Shown: in pieces, positions 1 to 9,319 of the stretch
How the letters are laid out: each line of letters begins with the position of its first letter
Numbering within the stretch: the stretch's first letter is position 1
Source of the DNA: a virus
DNA length: 64,000 nucleotides
Virus record (IMG/VR): IMGVR_UViG_3300011390_000002
Location: 3,719-67,718 of that record
Reading direction: 5' to 3' (one strand)
The notes under the pieces: model-generated
Database searches by the model: none
The model's input: the letters and a program-made list of their open reading frames with translations, nothing else
What the model was told of the DNA's origin: nothing
Made by a program: the position numbers and the translations under genes

Positions 1-200
1 CGCAAGACGGTGCGCCTCGAAGTCGGCTTTGACTGCGGCGCACTTGCCTATCACAGCGTCACCACCGTCACCACGCCGCAAGATCCTGCCGAAATGAAGC
101 ACTACGACAGCGCGGTATATGGCCCGTCCACGAACGGTTACGGCAACGCGCACGAGGAATTCAAGCGCCGCGTCCTTGCCTTGATCTGAGGAGAGATTCG

Positions 201-647
201 ATGAAACAGTTTTACGCACCCAATGGCTTAAAGATCATCGGCACGGCCGATACCGTGAAGGCGGTCGCCAACATTTCGGGCTGGGAAGAAAACGGCGAGC
301 CGATCTACGCAGGTGGAAGCGACGTGGATTGGGACAGTCAGACCAACCGCACCACGTTCGTCAACGGCGAGGAGACGGCCATTGTCGTCGATGAGGATGG
401 CGAGGAGTGGCCGAAAGCCGAGTGCGTGCTGCGCGAGGACGACACCCCGGAATGGGACGAGGACGAGAACCTCACCGCCGACGCCCTCCAAGCCAAGCAC
501 AGCCCCAACGGCGATGGCGAACACCCCGTCTACACCCGGTCCACCTGGCGTGAGGCGGTCGCGCTGGAACACACGGCGCTTGGTTACTGGGTCTGGATCG
601 AACAGCAGTTCGAGGACGCGGCCGCACATTCGGGCGAAGAGGGCTGA
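201..647 (+). CDS. hypothetical phage/plasmid protein
   Basis: GAGGAG RBS upstream, acidic 148-aa ORF with GC3-biased codons; no recognised family. Confidence 0.7.
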   Translation: MKQFYAPNGLKIIGTADTVKAVANISGWEENGEPIYAGGSDVDWDSQTNRTTFVNGEETAIVVDEDGEEWPKAECVLREDDTPEWDEDENLTADALQAKHSPNGDGEHPVYTRSTWREAVALEHTALGYWVWIEQQFEDAAAHSGEEG

Positions 648-648
648 C

Positions 649-990
649 ATGCACCTGACCAAACGCGAACGCCTGAATCTGCAGTTCACCGCCACGCAGC
701 GCGTGACCCGCAACAATTTGCGCCTGGCACCGCGCCGGCCACCGACCTACGCCCCGGAGCAATCTGAAGCGATCAAGGGCCACTTTGGCGGCAAGTGCAA
801 CCGAACGGCCTGCACGGAGACTGGCGAGGACGTGAAGTGGTGGAACCGCTACACCTATGCCTACTACTGCTCGGACTGCCATCGCCTGATCGGCCGCGCG
901 AACCCAGAAATCACTCTGTTCGATCCAGTCGCGCACGTCGCGCACGGTCAACCGGGAACATCGTCGGGCACCGCAGCACCCAGCAACTAA
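649..990 (+). CDS. hypothetical protein with possible Zn-binding Cys motifs
   Basis: ATG at 649 directly after the upstream stop; CNRTAC...YYCSDCH. Confidence 0.55.
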   Translation: MHLTKRERLNLQFTATQRVTRNNLRLAPRRPPTYAPEQSEAIKGHFGGKCNRTACTETGEDVKWWNRYTYAYYCSDCHRLIGRANPEITLFDPVAHVAHGQPGTSSGTAAPSN

Positions 991-1063
991 CCCCTCGATT
1001 CAGTCGAGACAATACACATATCGAAACCGCGCGACAAAGCGCACAACAAGAGGAGCTTCACAC

Positions 1064-1633
1064 ATGAAAACCGAAAACATTCTCGCCGCTCTGATGGCAA
1101 CCGCAGCCGAAACCGCACGCTGGGAGTCGCGTGTCCAGTTGATGCAGCGGATCGGCGCCCCGAGCGAAGCGATTCGCGCGATCCAGTCGCAAGCCGCCAA
1201 CAACGAAAAGATCGCCTGTCTGATTGCCGAGTCGCTCACGACCGACGCATCCGACGCGATCGAGCAGGGAATGGAAACGCTGCTGGAAGGCGTGGCTATC
1301 TTCGCAGCATTGGGCAGGGACGTTCGGCCGGCCATCCTCGAATCGTTCAACCGGGTCGCGGCGGTGAAATACCCGCCCCACACGGATGAACAGCCCAGCA
1401 AGACTCGCGAGGAATTCATGGCGTCGTGGAAGGAGGGCCGCGACGAGCAGGGTTTCCAGGAACTCAAGGAAATGGCAGCGCAGCCCGACGCCAGCTTCGT
1501 TCCGCAGGGCGTGTTTGTGGTTCGCGGTAGCAGCGAGGCTGAACTGGCTGAGGGTGTGAAAAACCTGCTGGCCGCCATCTTCGCAACGGCGTCAGCAAGA
1601 ACCCGCCGGCAGCACCGGCCCACTGACCTGTAG
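1064..1633 (+). CDS. hypothetical protein
   Basis: AGGAG RBS, 189-aa ORF. Confidence 0.7.
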   Translation: MKTENILAALMATAAETARWESRVQLMQRIGAPSEAIRAIQSQAANNEKIACLIAESLTTDASDAIEQGMETLLEGVAIFAALGRDVRPAILESFNRVAAVKYPPHTDEQPSKTREEFMASWKEGRDEQGFQELKEMAAQPDASFVPQGVFVVRGSSEAELAEGVKNLLAAIFATASARTRRQHRPTDL

Positions 1634-1644
1634 GTAGACAAACG

Positions 1645-1679
1645 TGCAAGAAGTTGCACATTTCCAGCAACTTCTTGCA
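1645..1679. promoter_or_regulatory. inverted repeat upstream of TA operon (probable operator)
   Basis: TGCAAGAAGTTGC (1645-1657) / GCAACTTCTTGCA (1667-1679) perfect 13-bp arms. Confidence 0.55.
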
Positions 1680-1709
1680 TCCACCCATTTGATCTACTAG
1701 GAGATAGAG

Positions 1710-2480
1710 ATGATCCCCCGTGACCAAGTGATTGCGGCGCTTAGCGCGCCCACCGGCTACGCGAGCCAGAAGAAGCGTTTGCAGATCGTTCAGAGCACGC
1801 CCGGTTCGGCGAGCGCATCGTGGCGGACTTCGATTACTCTCGGTTCAGAAAAGCCGCGTAGTATCATGGTGATACAGGGGGCAGATATGGCGATTTCGTT
1901 TATAGGTAAAGTTCAGATGCTGATCGGCGACGAGCCCTTTGACGTCATCGAACAGGAGGACGGACGCCGCTTCGTCATGGTTCCACTCGAGGATTACGAA
2001 AGCGTGAGCGAAACCGCGTATCTGCTGAAGAGCGACGAAAATGCCGAGGACCTTGCGGAGAGTATCGGCTGGCTAAATCACAGTGCCGGCGGGGCACCGT
2101 TCGACGCCCCGGACGAAGTTCAACCGGACGAAGCTGAAATTGTCAAGGTTACGGTCGAGGACGAGACACCGCGTGGGGTGATACCGAAGGACGCTCGAAT
2201 CTATTCTAAGCTACTCGCATGGGCGGAAAAAACCGTCGATTCGCCTCAAGGGCTCACTTCCGATGACCTTGATCACTTCCGCTATCTGGTCGTCGGTCAA
2301 GTCTTGCCGTCACTACTTGAGCCCGTCCCAGAAACATCTGATAGCCGGCAAGATCGGCGAGCAGCGATAGTGAATACTCTGGTTTATGAGCCTGACATCC
2401 TGCTCTCAAAGTTGACTTCCGGACTCGTGCCGGCAGAGCCGACAACTCGCATCAACAAAGAAAAGGCGACGTCAAAATAA
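1710..2480 (+). CDS. extended Phd/YefM-like antitoxin
   Basis: internal VMVPLEDYESVSETAYLLKSDENAEDLAESI matches the YefM C-terminal motif; stop overlaps yoeB start; start could be 1888. Confidence 0.7.
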   Translation: MIPRDQVIAALSAPTGYASQKKRLQIVQSTPGSASASWRTSITLGSEKPRSIMVIQGADMAISFIGKVQMLIGDEPFDVIEQEDGRRFVMVPLEDYESVSETAYLLKSDENAEDLAESIGWLNHSAGGAPFDAPDEVQPDEAEIVKVTVEDETPRGVIPKDARIYSKLLAWAEKTVDSPQGLTSDDLDHFRYLVVGQVLPSLLEPVPETSDSRQDRRAAIVNTLVYEPDILLSKLTSGLVPAEPTTRINKEKATSK

Positions 2481-2746
2481 TGGCGCGAGGAATCCTGTTT
2501 TCCCCAAAGGCCTGGGATGATTTTCTTTATTGGCTTGAGCAAGATCCCTCGATTACGAAACGGCTGACTGAGCTCCTCAAAGAATGCCAGCGCGATCCCT
2601 TCAAAGGCTTGGGCAAGCCCGAGGGCTTACGAGGCAACTTTAAGGGTTGGTGGTCACGACGGATCAATGATGAACACCGACTCGTCTATGCCGCGCGCGG
2701 CGATTTTATCGAAGTGGCCCAATGCCGCTACCACTACGCCAAATAA
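2480..2746 (+). CDS. yoeB: Txe/YoeB family mRNase toxin
   Basis: WDDFLYW...DPFKGLGKPEGLRG...WWSRRINDEHRLVY...CRYHY. Confidence 0.92.
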   Translation: MARGILFSPKAWDDFLYWLEQDPSITKRLTELLKECQRDPFKGLGKPEGLRGNFKGWWSRRINDEHRLVYAARGDFIEVAQCRYHYAK

Positions 2747-2777
2747 TCAAGGCCGTTGGTCAGTGATCAGTAACGAG

Positions 2778-2801
2778 CGCCCGGCAACCCCGGGCGTTTT
2801 T
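2778..2801 (+). terminator. intrinsic terminator after yoeB
   Basis: CGCCCGG-caacc-CCGGGCG followed by TTTTT. Confidence 0.65.
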
Positions 2802-2844
2802 CTTGCGCCTAAGATTGAGTCTTCAATCGAAATCGGGGTGTTTT

Positions 2845-3513
2845 ATGTGTGGTCGCGTCTCCCGCGCACGGCCGGGTCTTGAATACGTGGTCCCGCTCAT
2901 GCCCGACGCCGTGTATCCGGACGATCTCTTCCGCCCAAGCTGGAACGTGGCGCCCGGCACCAAACAACCCGTGATCTTCCCTGACGGGCCGAGGCTGGAG
3001 CATTGGGGCTATCGGCCGGCGTGGGCTGTCGCGCGAAAAGTGCCCATGATGATCAACGCCCGGCTGGACAAGGCGGGCACCTCAACCTGGAAGCGCATGT
3101 GGAAGAGCGGCCGCTTAATCGTGCCGGCAGACGGCTGGTATGAATGGGTGCTCGAGGAGGGCGCCAAGCAACCGTATTTCATCCAGCCGATAGATGGCAA
3201 GCCGCTGTTCTTCGCTGGTCTCTCGACTATTCCGCCCGGCGGCGAACATCACGATGGCGACGGCTTCGTGATCGTGACGGATGCCTCGGACGCCGGCATG
3301 CTCGACATCCACGACCGGCGTCCGCTTGTGCTGAATGCCGAGGAAGCGAAGCAGTGGCTGGACCCTGAGACTACATTCGAGGAGGCAAACCACCTGGCGA
3401 ACACCGTCTCCACGCCGATCGAGGCGTTTCACTGGTTTCGTGTGAGTAAAGGCGTGAACAAGGTAGGTAACGATGAGCCGGCGTTCAACGAGCCAATAGC
3501 CGGGAAACAATGA
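2845..3513 (+). CDS. SOS response-associated peptidase (SRAP/YedK/HMCES)
   Basis: N-terminal MCGR, WNVAP, INAR, GWYEW, IHDRRP motifs. Confidence 0.93.
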   Translation: MCGRVSRARPGLEYVVPLMPDAVYPDDLFRPSWNVAPGTKQPVIFPDGPRLEHWGYRPAWAVARKVPMMINARLDKAGTSTWKRMWKSGRLIVPADGWYEWVLEEGAKQPYFIQPIDGKPLFFAGLSTIPPGGEHHDGDGFVIVTDASDAGMLDIHDRRPLVLNAEEAKQWLDPETTFEEANHLANTVSTPIEAFHWFRVSKGVNKVGNDEPAFNEPIAGKQ

Positions 3514-3520
3514 CCTGTCG

Positions 3521-3913
3521 CTAGCGCTTTAGCCAGTAGCCCACCAATGAGCCGAGCGCACCGTAGGCCCAATCTTTTTGGCCTTGGTCAGAGTCTGCTT
3601 TGACCACAACCACGTAAAGCGCGGCGATCAGGATCACCACCGTGAGTAAGCCTTGCATCATCGGTCTCAGATCAATGCCGGGCTTCCTACTCAGGGTGTT
3701 CAACCGGACGTATTGGTCGATCCGGTCCTCCTCTTCAAGCTCATTAAATATGAATGTCTCAGCCTCAGGATCATCAGGCTTGACATCTTCCAACGCTTTA
3801 CCCTTTTCTTGGAACCTCCTGTCCTTTTCTTGGATCGAGAAATACCAGCCAGAGAGAAATAAAACCGCCACTCCGACAATCGACACCACGAGACTAACCG
3901 CTGTCCAGTCCAT
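3521..3913 (-). CDS. membrane protein (N- and C-terminal TM segments)
   Basis: hydrophobic ends; C-terminus similar to 7276-7533. Confidence 0.65.
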   Translation of the reverse strand: MDWTAVSLVVSIVGVAVLFLSGWYFSIQEKDRRFQEKGKALEDVKPDDPEAETFIFNELEEEDRIDQYVRLNTLSRKPGIDLRPMMQGLLTVVILIAALYVVVVKADSDQGQKDWAYGALGSLVGYWLKR

Positions 3914-4038
3914 AACCGCCTCCCGTTAAGCGATTGTTCCGAGTGTGGTTGCTGAGTCAAGCCTACAGGTGAAGATGAAACTGCGAAAGCCTGATCGTGG
4001 CAAACTGCCGTTCCATACCAATTGGAAAAGCGTGATTA

Positions 4039-4788
4039 ATGGCAGCGTCTCAGATTAAACCGCTTGCACGCGCACGGGCGCTCATATGGGCGGGGCGCGC
4101 TTATTTGTTCGCCTGCGCGGGTCTGCTCGTGTTCGCGATTGTCACACCGTGGTGCTGGCAATGGTCGGAACGCTCTATCCGCAGCAGCAGCTTTGCACTG
4201 CAATTCTGCGGGCTTTGGATCGTCGTGCAGGGTGTGGCGGACACCCGTAAGCAGTTCGGGCAACGGTCATTGCTTAGCCGTTCCGTTCTTTGGGCTAAAA
4301 CGGATCTATATGCAGCCATCAAGCAATTGCTCCGTTTCTTACGGATCATAAAGAAGGCTCCCGGAGTCACCATCGAATTGCATGGAGTTCAGGCGCGAGC
4401 TACGGCTTCGGGCGTCGGCTACGTCGGCATAGCGCCGGCACCCACCATCGAAGGGCGGGTGGCGGAGCTAGAAAAGCTCGTAACTCGGTTGCAAGCGACT
4501 GTTGTGGAAAACCACGTCGATATAACGGAAAGGATCCAGCAGATTAATATCACGGTCGAAAAAGAGCGATCTGATCGACATACCGCCTATGAAGCAATGG
4601 GCAAAAAGCTAGAGGCAACCGCTACTGGTGGGCTAGATTTGTCAATGTTCGGCGTTGTCTTGCTCGCCGCGGGTGCCCTTTACGGCGCGTTTCCTCAAGA
4701 GATTTCGGATTTCATGATCGGTAGCATCACGCCGCATTGCTGGGGTCCGCTCGCGTCTTTAGCCGAGGGCTTACGCGGCACGCTATAG
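4039..4788 (+). CDS. multi-TM membrane protein with coiled coil
   Basis: 249-aa ORF with hydrophobic N- and C-terminal segments. Confidence 0.6.
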   Translation: MAASQIKPLARARALIWAGRAYLFACAGLLVFAIVTPWCWQWSERSIRSSSFALQFCGLWIVVQGVADTRKQFGQRSLLSRSVLWAKTDLYAAIKQLLRFLRIIKKAPGVTIELHGVQARATASGVGYVGIAPAPTIEGRVAELEKLVTRLQATVVENHVDITERIQQINITVEKERSDRHTAYEAMGKKLEATATGGLDLSMFGVVLLAAGALYGAFPQEISDFMIGSITPHCWGPLASLAEGLRGTL

Positions 4789-4935
4789 AAAGCCTGATAG
4801 ATAAATGTCGGCTCGTAGGATCAGCACTCGGCAGCCCAGATGGCCGGGACGTATTGTCTGGACAATATCGTGCGCTACTCACATGAGTGCGCGGCTGACA
4901 GGACGTCAGATCAGAACTCGGTGCCCCTTGACAGG

Positions 4936-5196
4936 GTTTTGCCCGCCAAAGCGGGCGGTGCAGATGCCGAGCGGGACACGGGCAAGCGAGCCCGACAGCG
5001 GCGATCAGGCCGAATTCGGTATCGGAGAGACCTAGCTGAGTCTTCAGCGGAATACCGAGAATCGCGACATCAGCTAGATCGCAAAGCAGATGGTGAAAGC
5101 GAAGGTGCTCGACCACAGCACGCGCCAGGCGTGCGGGTCGGCGGTCGAGGTGTCGTGGACGCCTTGGGTGGCTTGAGATTTGCGTGCGGCAGTCAT
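4936..5196 (-). pseudogene. 5' fragment of NarK/NasA-type MFS nitrate/nitrite transporter, frameshifted
   Basis: AWRVLWSSTFAFTICFAI / AILGIPLKTQLGLSDTEFGLIAA / LGICTARFGGQ in three different frames. Confidence 0.75.
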
Positions 5197-5879
5197 GGAG
5201 CTTGCCTGTCGATTGAGTTTGCGTTTGGTGGGGGGAATCGACTGCAAGATTAGGGAATGGGCGTCGTGCCGCCCATTTGCCCGATGGAAGGGCGCGACTC
5301 CATGTCGCTCCTCCGGCGGGACTACTCCGAAAGGTGTAAAACTTTGAACTATCGAATGAATGGGCTTAGTGCGGAGACCGACATACCGCATGTGCATCGA
5401 AAGAGCGGGTGATACCAGAGGATCACCGAATTATCGGTGTCGTGTCTGCGGAAGCCTTACCCAGCAAGGAAAGGATTTCCCCAAGCCCGGAATACTTCGA
5501 AGCAAATCAACAACGCATTTGCATGAAAAAAGATTCGAATAGGTTTAGGATAGTTTTTGGCAATGAAGCGTTGCCAAAAAACAAAAGCCACCCCGAAACG
5601 AGGTGGCCTTTGGCCAAACTAGGAATGTCGACTGATCAATCTTGGCGGAAAGTAAGTCGACCTTCCTTCCTTCACACTTTTGTCTGAGGACAAAAATGCA
5701 AAACCATCTGTTCTGGGCGAACGTTCTGTTCGCCGCGCACTTTCTGTGTTTAGGCGGTGCGCACCTGATCTTGGCTTTCGTTTCTAAAGGCTAAGATCCG
5801 AGCTGGTCGAACGTGCTCAGTGTTCTCATGTTCTGAGTTCACATTAGCACATATAGCGCATTTTGCGCGATTGTCAAAT

Positions 5880-5904
5880 AAAGGCCCGGCTCGTCCGGGC
5901 CTTT
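5880..5904. terminator. bidirectional intrinsic terminator
   Basis: AAAGGCCCGG-ctcgt-CCGGGCCTTT. Confidence 0.75.
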
Positions 5905-5952
5905 CTTATAGCTAGAACGCGTGGAGCGCGCCGTCGATAGTGGGTCGGTCGA

Positions 5953-6270
5953 TCAATCAACGAGCGCCGGTTCTTGATCGTCGTCCCGCTTGTTAGTCGG
6001 GACCGCGAGCCCTTGCAGTGCCCCGAAACGCGAATGCTGCTCAATCAGGAGCACCCGCGTTTTCTCAATCGCGACCAGGTTGCCGAGGTTCTCTTCCTTC
6101 CATGCCTTGAGGATGGAGGTGAAATACACCTCGATTTCGTGAATCACGTTGCGGTTGTATTGGATCTCGAGGAGAAGGCGTTCGACGTCCGGGTTGCCGC
6201 GGTATTGCTTCCAGAACCGGCGCATCTCTTTGACATCAACCGGGCTGAATTGGGGTAGCTGTTTGGGCAT
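5953..6270 (-). CDS. small SOS-regulated hypothetical protein
   Basis: ATG 6270 (MPKQL) with GGGG RBS and LexA box immediately upstream. Confidence 0.75.
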   Translation of the reverse strand: MPKQLPQFSPVDVKEMRRFWKQYRGNPDVERLLLEIQYNRNVIHEIEVYFTSILKAWKEENLGNLVAIEKTRVLLIEQHSRFGALQGLAVPTNKRDDDQEPALVD

Positions 6271-6285
6271 GGCGCACCCCTGAAA

Positions 6286-6305
6286 TACTGTATGGATGAA
6301 CAGTA
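6286..6305. promoter_or_regulatory. LexA (SOS) box
   Basis: TACTGTATGGATGAACAGTA = CTGT-N8-ACAG with TA flanks. Confidence 0.85.
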
Positions 6306-6589
6306 TATAGCCTCCCAAACGCGTCTAGTTAGGCGGTAAAAGCAGCCATTCGAAAAGCGTGATGTAAATGTTTGATTTAAAAGGCGTAAATGCCTCTTAT
6401 AGGGCGAGGCCGTGGGCGACAGAACTATAAGTCAACTATCAGGCCCGTCGAGTTAGCAAACCGCATCAGAACCGAACTAGACGAAGTGCGTCAGGGGCGC
6501 ATCAAAACGCTCTGCAAACCGCCCTCCAATGATCAGATGAACTCGCAGACGTCTAAACCGGCCGACCGCTCAAAACGTCTCTAAACGCG

Positions 6590-7330
6590 TCAGTTCTTCC
6601 GTTGTTTCAGACGTTCCGTTATGACGGCAATCATCAACGCCAAAATCAAGTAACCAGAAAGTGCTTGGACCGCCGCGACAGGCCGCGCGAGCGGGGTAGG
6701 GGTGAAATCGCCATAGCCGACCGTGGTCAAGGTCATGATGCTGAAGTAGAGGGACGTCGGAAGATCATGGCAGACTGGACTGCATTCATTCGCAGGACCG
6801 TTTATGCCGAGGAAAGAATAGATACAAGCAAACATGAAAGTGAGGCAAAGAACCTGAAACAGCACTGCTGGGATCGGGACGGGCTCCACTTCCGGCTTTG
6901 CGGGACTTAGACCGGCAACGATAGTTCGGGCGGCCCAAAAAACGCTCATACCTGACGAGAAGATGAGCACACACAGCATGCGCACGCTGGGGCTACTACT
7001 CCAACTGTCAAATGTCAGTATCTGTCCGTGCTGGAGCGGGCTATGGAACAGTCCTAGGCCAAAAGCCGCCCCCCACAAGACGGTCGTGTCGGCCACCCAA
7101 GCGGGGGTCTTCAATATTCTCGTGAGAATCCAATGGGTGATGAAGAAAATGCCCAATGAGAAGATGGACGACGCATCCCTGACTAACTGCACATGGGAAG
7201 ACGCAAGTCCGGCAAGGAAAAGGTGGAGCGATGAAAAGTAACTGTCGTTCATGTCGGTGAGCAAGCTGTTAGCAGCTAGGAGCGTTTCAGCCAGAAGCCG
7301 AGCAGAGTCCCGACCGCGCCGATAGCCCAC
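6590..7330 (-). CDS. potassium channel family protein (Ion_trans_2)
   Basis: SLYFSIMTLTTVGYGDFTP selectivity filter between TM helices; start uncertain. Confidence 0.85.
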   Translation of the reverse strand: MGYRRGRDSARLLAETLLAANSLLTDMNDSYFSSLHLFLAGLASSHVQLVRDASSIFSLGIFFITHWILTRILKTPAWVADTTVLWGAAFGLGLFHSPLQHGQILTFDSWSSSPSVRMLCVLIFSSGMSVFWAARTIVAGLSPAKPEVEPVPIPAVLFQVLCLTFMFACIYSFLGINGPANECSPVCHDLPTSLYFSIMTLTTVGYGDFTPTPLARPVAAVQALSGYLILALMIAVITERLKQRKN

Positions 7331-7533
7331 TTCTGGGTAGCGTCACTGGCATCCGCCTTAAACACGATGATGTAGAGGGCTGCCGCCAACACGACTAGCG
7401 AGATCACGATCTGGGGATGCACGGAGGGCCGAGCCGGCCTATCGCCAAAAGTCCACCCGGTGGAAAAGGTGATCCACTGACTTGCGACCAGAACGAATAG
7501 ACCGCAGGTAACAAGTAGCAGAGCGACGTTCAT
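7276..7533 (-). CDS. small membrane protein
   Basis: three hydrophobic segments; paralogous C-terminus to 3521-3913. Confidence 0.6.
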   Translation of the reverse strand: MNVALLLVTCGLFVLVASQWITFSTGWTFGDRPARPSVHPQIVISLVVLAAALYIIVFKADASDATQKWAIGAVGTLLGFWLKRS

Positions 7534-8012
7534 GACATCCTCGAGCAGAGATCGTGAATGGAGAATACCCGGTAGCGCAGTTCCCGGGTGGGGGACAGCT
7601 ATGGAGCGACGAAAAATGTCCCGCGCCGCTCAACTCTTACATTTGCCTCCCAAACAGTCTTGACGCCACCAGTCATTACTGACTATTATTCTTCCCGTTG
7701 CACGGGCACTCCCCGCCCCAAGACTATGAGACCCCTGCCTGGGTTGTCGGGAAGCAAACAGGCTCGAAGTGATCCCGGCATTGAAGGGGGCCGGTTGTCC
7801 AATGAACAGATCGTTGGGCATGAACGTAGCGAGATAGGGGTGACGGTCGAAAGACTGGAGACGGTTTGGGGCTTCCGGGGTTAATAGTCCAGCTACTGAT
7901 GATCGATTGCTTCCATACATCTGCGCTGAGCTTCACCCCAACCCCTTCATTAGTCGAATTGTAGCTGTAGTAGGTATAAGGCGCGTGTGCGCGAGACCCA
8001 AGATCCAAACGC

Positions 8013-8191
8013 CCTAGGCGTAGCCCCAAACGGGAGCCGCGGCCGACACACCCACGGGATTTTCCCACGGGCCTGGCCTGTATATAGGGTTTTGTCCTTG
8101 GTGTAAGAGCCGTGGCCAGTGCCCTATAAGGTTGGCCGTCACCCGAGGGAAAACCCATCTTATAGGGCGGTGCCGAGGGGTTCGGCCTAGG
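8013..8191. repeat. non-coding element A: CCWWGG cluster plus AACGGGAG..GCCGACAC repeat
   Basis: CCWWGG at 8013, 8096, 8186; repeat unit at 8028-8060. Confidence 0.6.
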
Positions 8192-8292
8192 CCGGTGGAG
8201 AGGAGAAAGCCCGAGCCGATGCCCACCACAACGCCTTAGTCAAAACTGAATAATGTAATTGCTGCGACGTGCAGCGCTACCGGAACAGCATC

Positions 8293-8622
8293 ATGAAAAA
8301 GCTCACCACCCTCATCACGAAGGCCATTGAAATGACCAAGCCCTACGACGTTCCCGCTGACCACGCCTGGAGCCGCCAGTCGGTGTATAGCCGCCAGGAC
8401 ATGCAGCACCTGACAACGGTTCCCAACGCTCAGGCCGTGATGGCCTGGCACACCGGCCTCGACATCCAGGCCGTGCGAAAGGCCGACGGCGTGGAGGCGC
8501 TCTTTCTGGCCGGCAAGGAGATCCCGAGCCGCGCACCGGAGCAGGTCGTGTTCTCACTCGCAAGCCAGGATGAGCAGAGCTGCCGCAACCAGGTGAGCTA
8601 CCTCTTCGGAGTGAAGCTGTGA
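8293..8622 (+). CDS. hypothetical protein
   Basis: GC3-biased ORF downstream of an AGTCA-type palindrome (8238); start could be 8269. Confidence 0.65.
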   Translation: MKKLTTLITKAIEMTKPYDVPADHAWSRQSVYSRQDMQHLTTVPNAQAVMAWHTGLDIQAVRKADGVEALFLAGKEIPSRAPEQVVFSLASQDEQSCRNQVSYLFGVKL

Positions 8623-8783
8623 ACCAAGAACACCTCGAATGGGCAGCCGCCCTCGTCATCGTCCTGATCGCAGCGTTTGCCGTCACCTACGGGTGGCTCA
8701 AGGTGATCGACGTCACCCTGTGGCTCACGCGGAGCGCGAAGCCCAAGCGTCTACCCACCACGCCGCCTGAGCTCAAGCTGTAA
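8619..8783 (+). CDS. small single-TM peptide (54 aa)
   Basis: GTG overlapping upstream TGA; MNQEHLEWAAALVIVLIAAFAVTYGW. Confidence 0.5.
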   Translation: MNQEHLEWAAALVIVLIAAFAVTYGWLKVIDVTLWLTRSAKPKRLPTTPPELKL

Positions 8784-8837
8784 GCTGATAAACAGTCAAA
8801 ACTGACGCACACATAACCACCACTGAAGAGAACGACC

Positions 8838-9026
8838 ATGAAGACCATTCACCGCGCCTTTGAACCGTCCACCCAAGCTGCTGCACCGGAGAAGGAGCAG
8901 TTCAAGGCGATGCGCCCGTATCAGTTGATCGAGTGGCTCGAGGAAGAGCAGGAAGAGGCCGAGATCCGTCACCTGCGCCGTCAGATCCGCTCCAACGGGC
9001 GCGTGGGCATGATGGAGATGTATTGA
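8838..9026 (+). CDS. hypothetical protein
   Basis: GAAGAG RBS; follows palindrome at 8794. Confidence 0.6.
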   Translation: MKTIHRAFEPSTQAAAPEKEQFKAMRPYQLIEWLEEEQEEAEIRHLRRQIRSNGRVGMMEMY

Positions 9027-9044
9027 GGGTTGCGGGTGGGACCA

Positions 9045-9319
9045 GGGTGTCGGAGAACGGGAGAGCCCGCCGACACCCCAGTGGGATTGACGCACGCAGC
9101 CTTGGCCAGAAGCCTAGGGCATTGCCCTCGGCAGAGCACCACGGAGGGCAGGGCAGTGGCCAAGGGGCTCGCCTAGGCGTCACCCAAGGACGACGGCTAC
9201 GGGCGAGCGCCTTGGGGTCCAAAACGGGAGCTGCCGCCGACACACTTAGGGAGTTTTGAGCACCACCCTCGGGAATCGACCTAGGCCGATCGCCTACTGA
9301 TCCGCTCGCCGCCCTAGGG
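9045..9319. repeat. non-coding element B: 8x CCWWGG, 2x AACGGGAG..GCCGACAC, hairpin
   Basis: CCWWGG at 9100, 9113, 9160, 9172, 9184, 9210, 9280, 9313; stem GGGTGTCGG/CCGACACCC at 9045-9078. Confidence 0.65.

Noticed and set aside
7588-8229. Several short ORFs on both strands
   Set aside because: No RBS or codon bias and mutually overlapping; the region appears non-coding.
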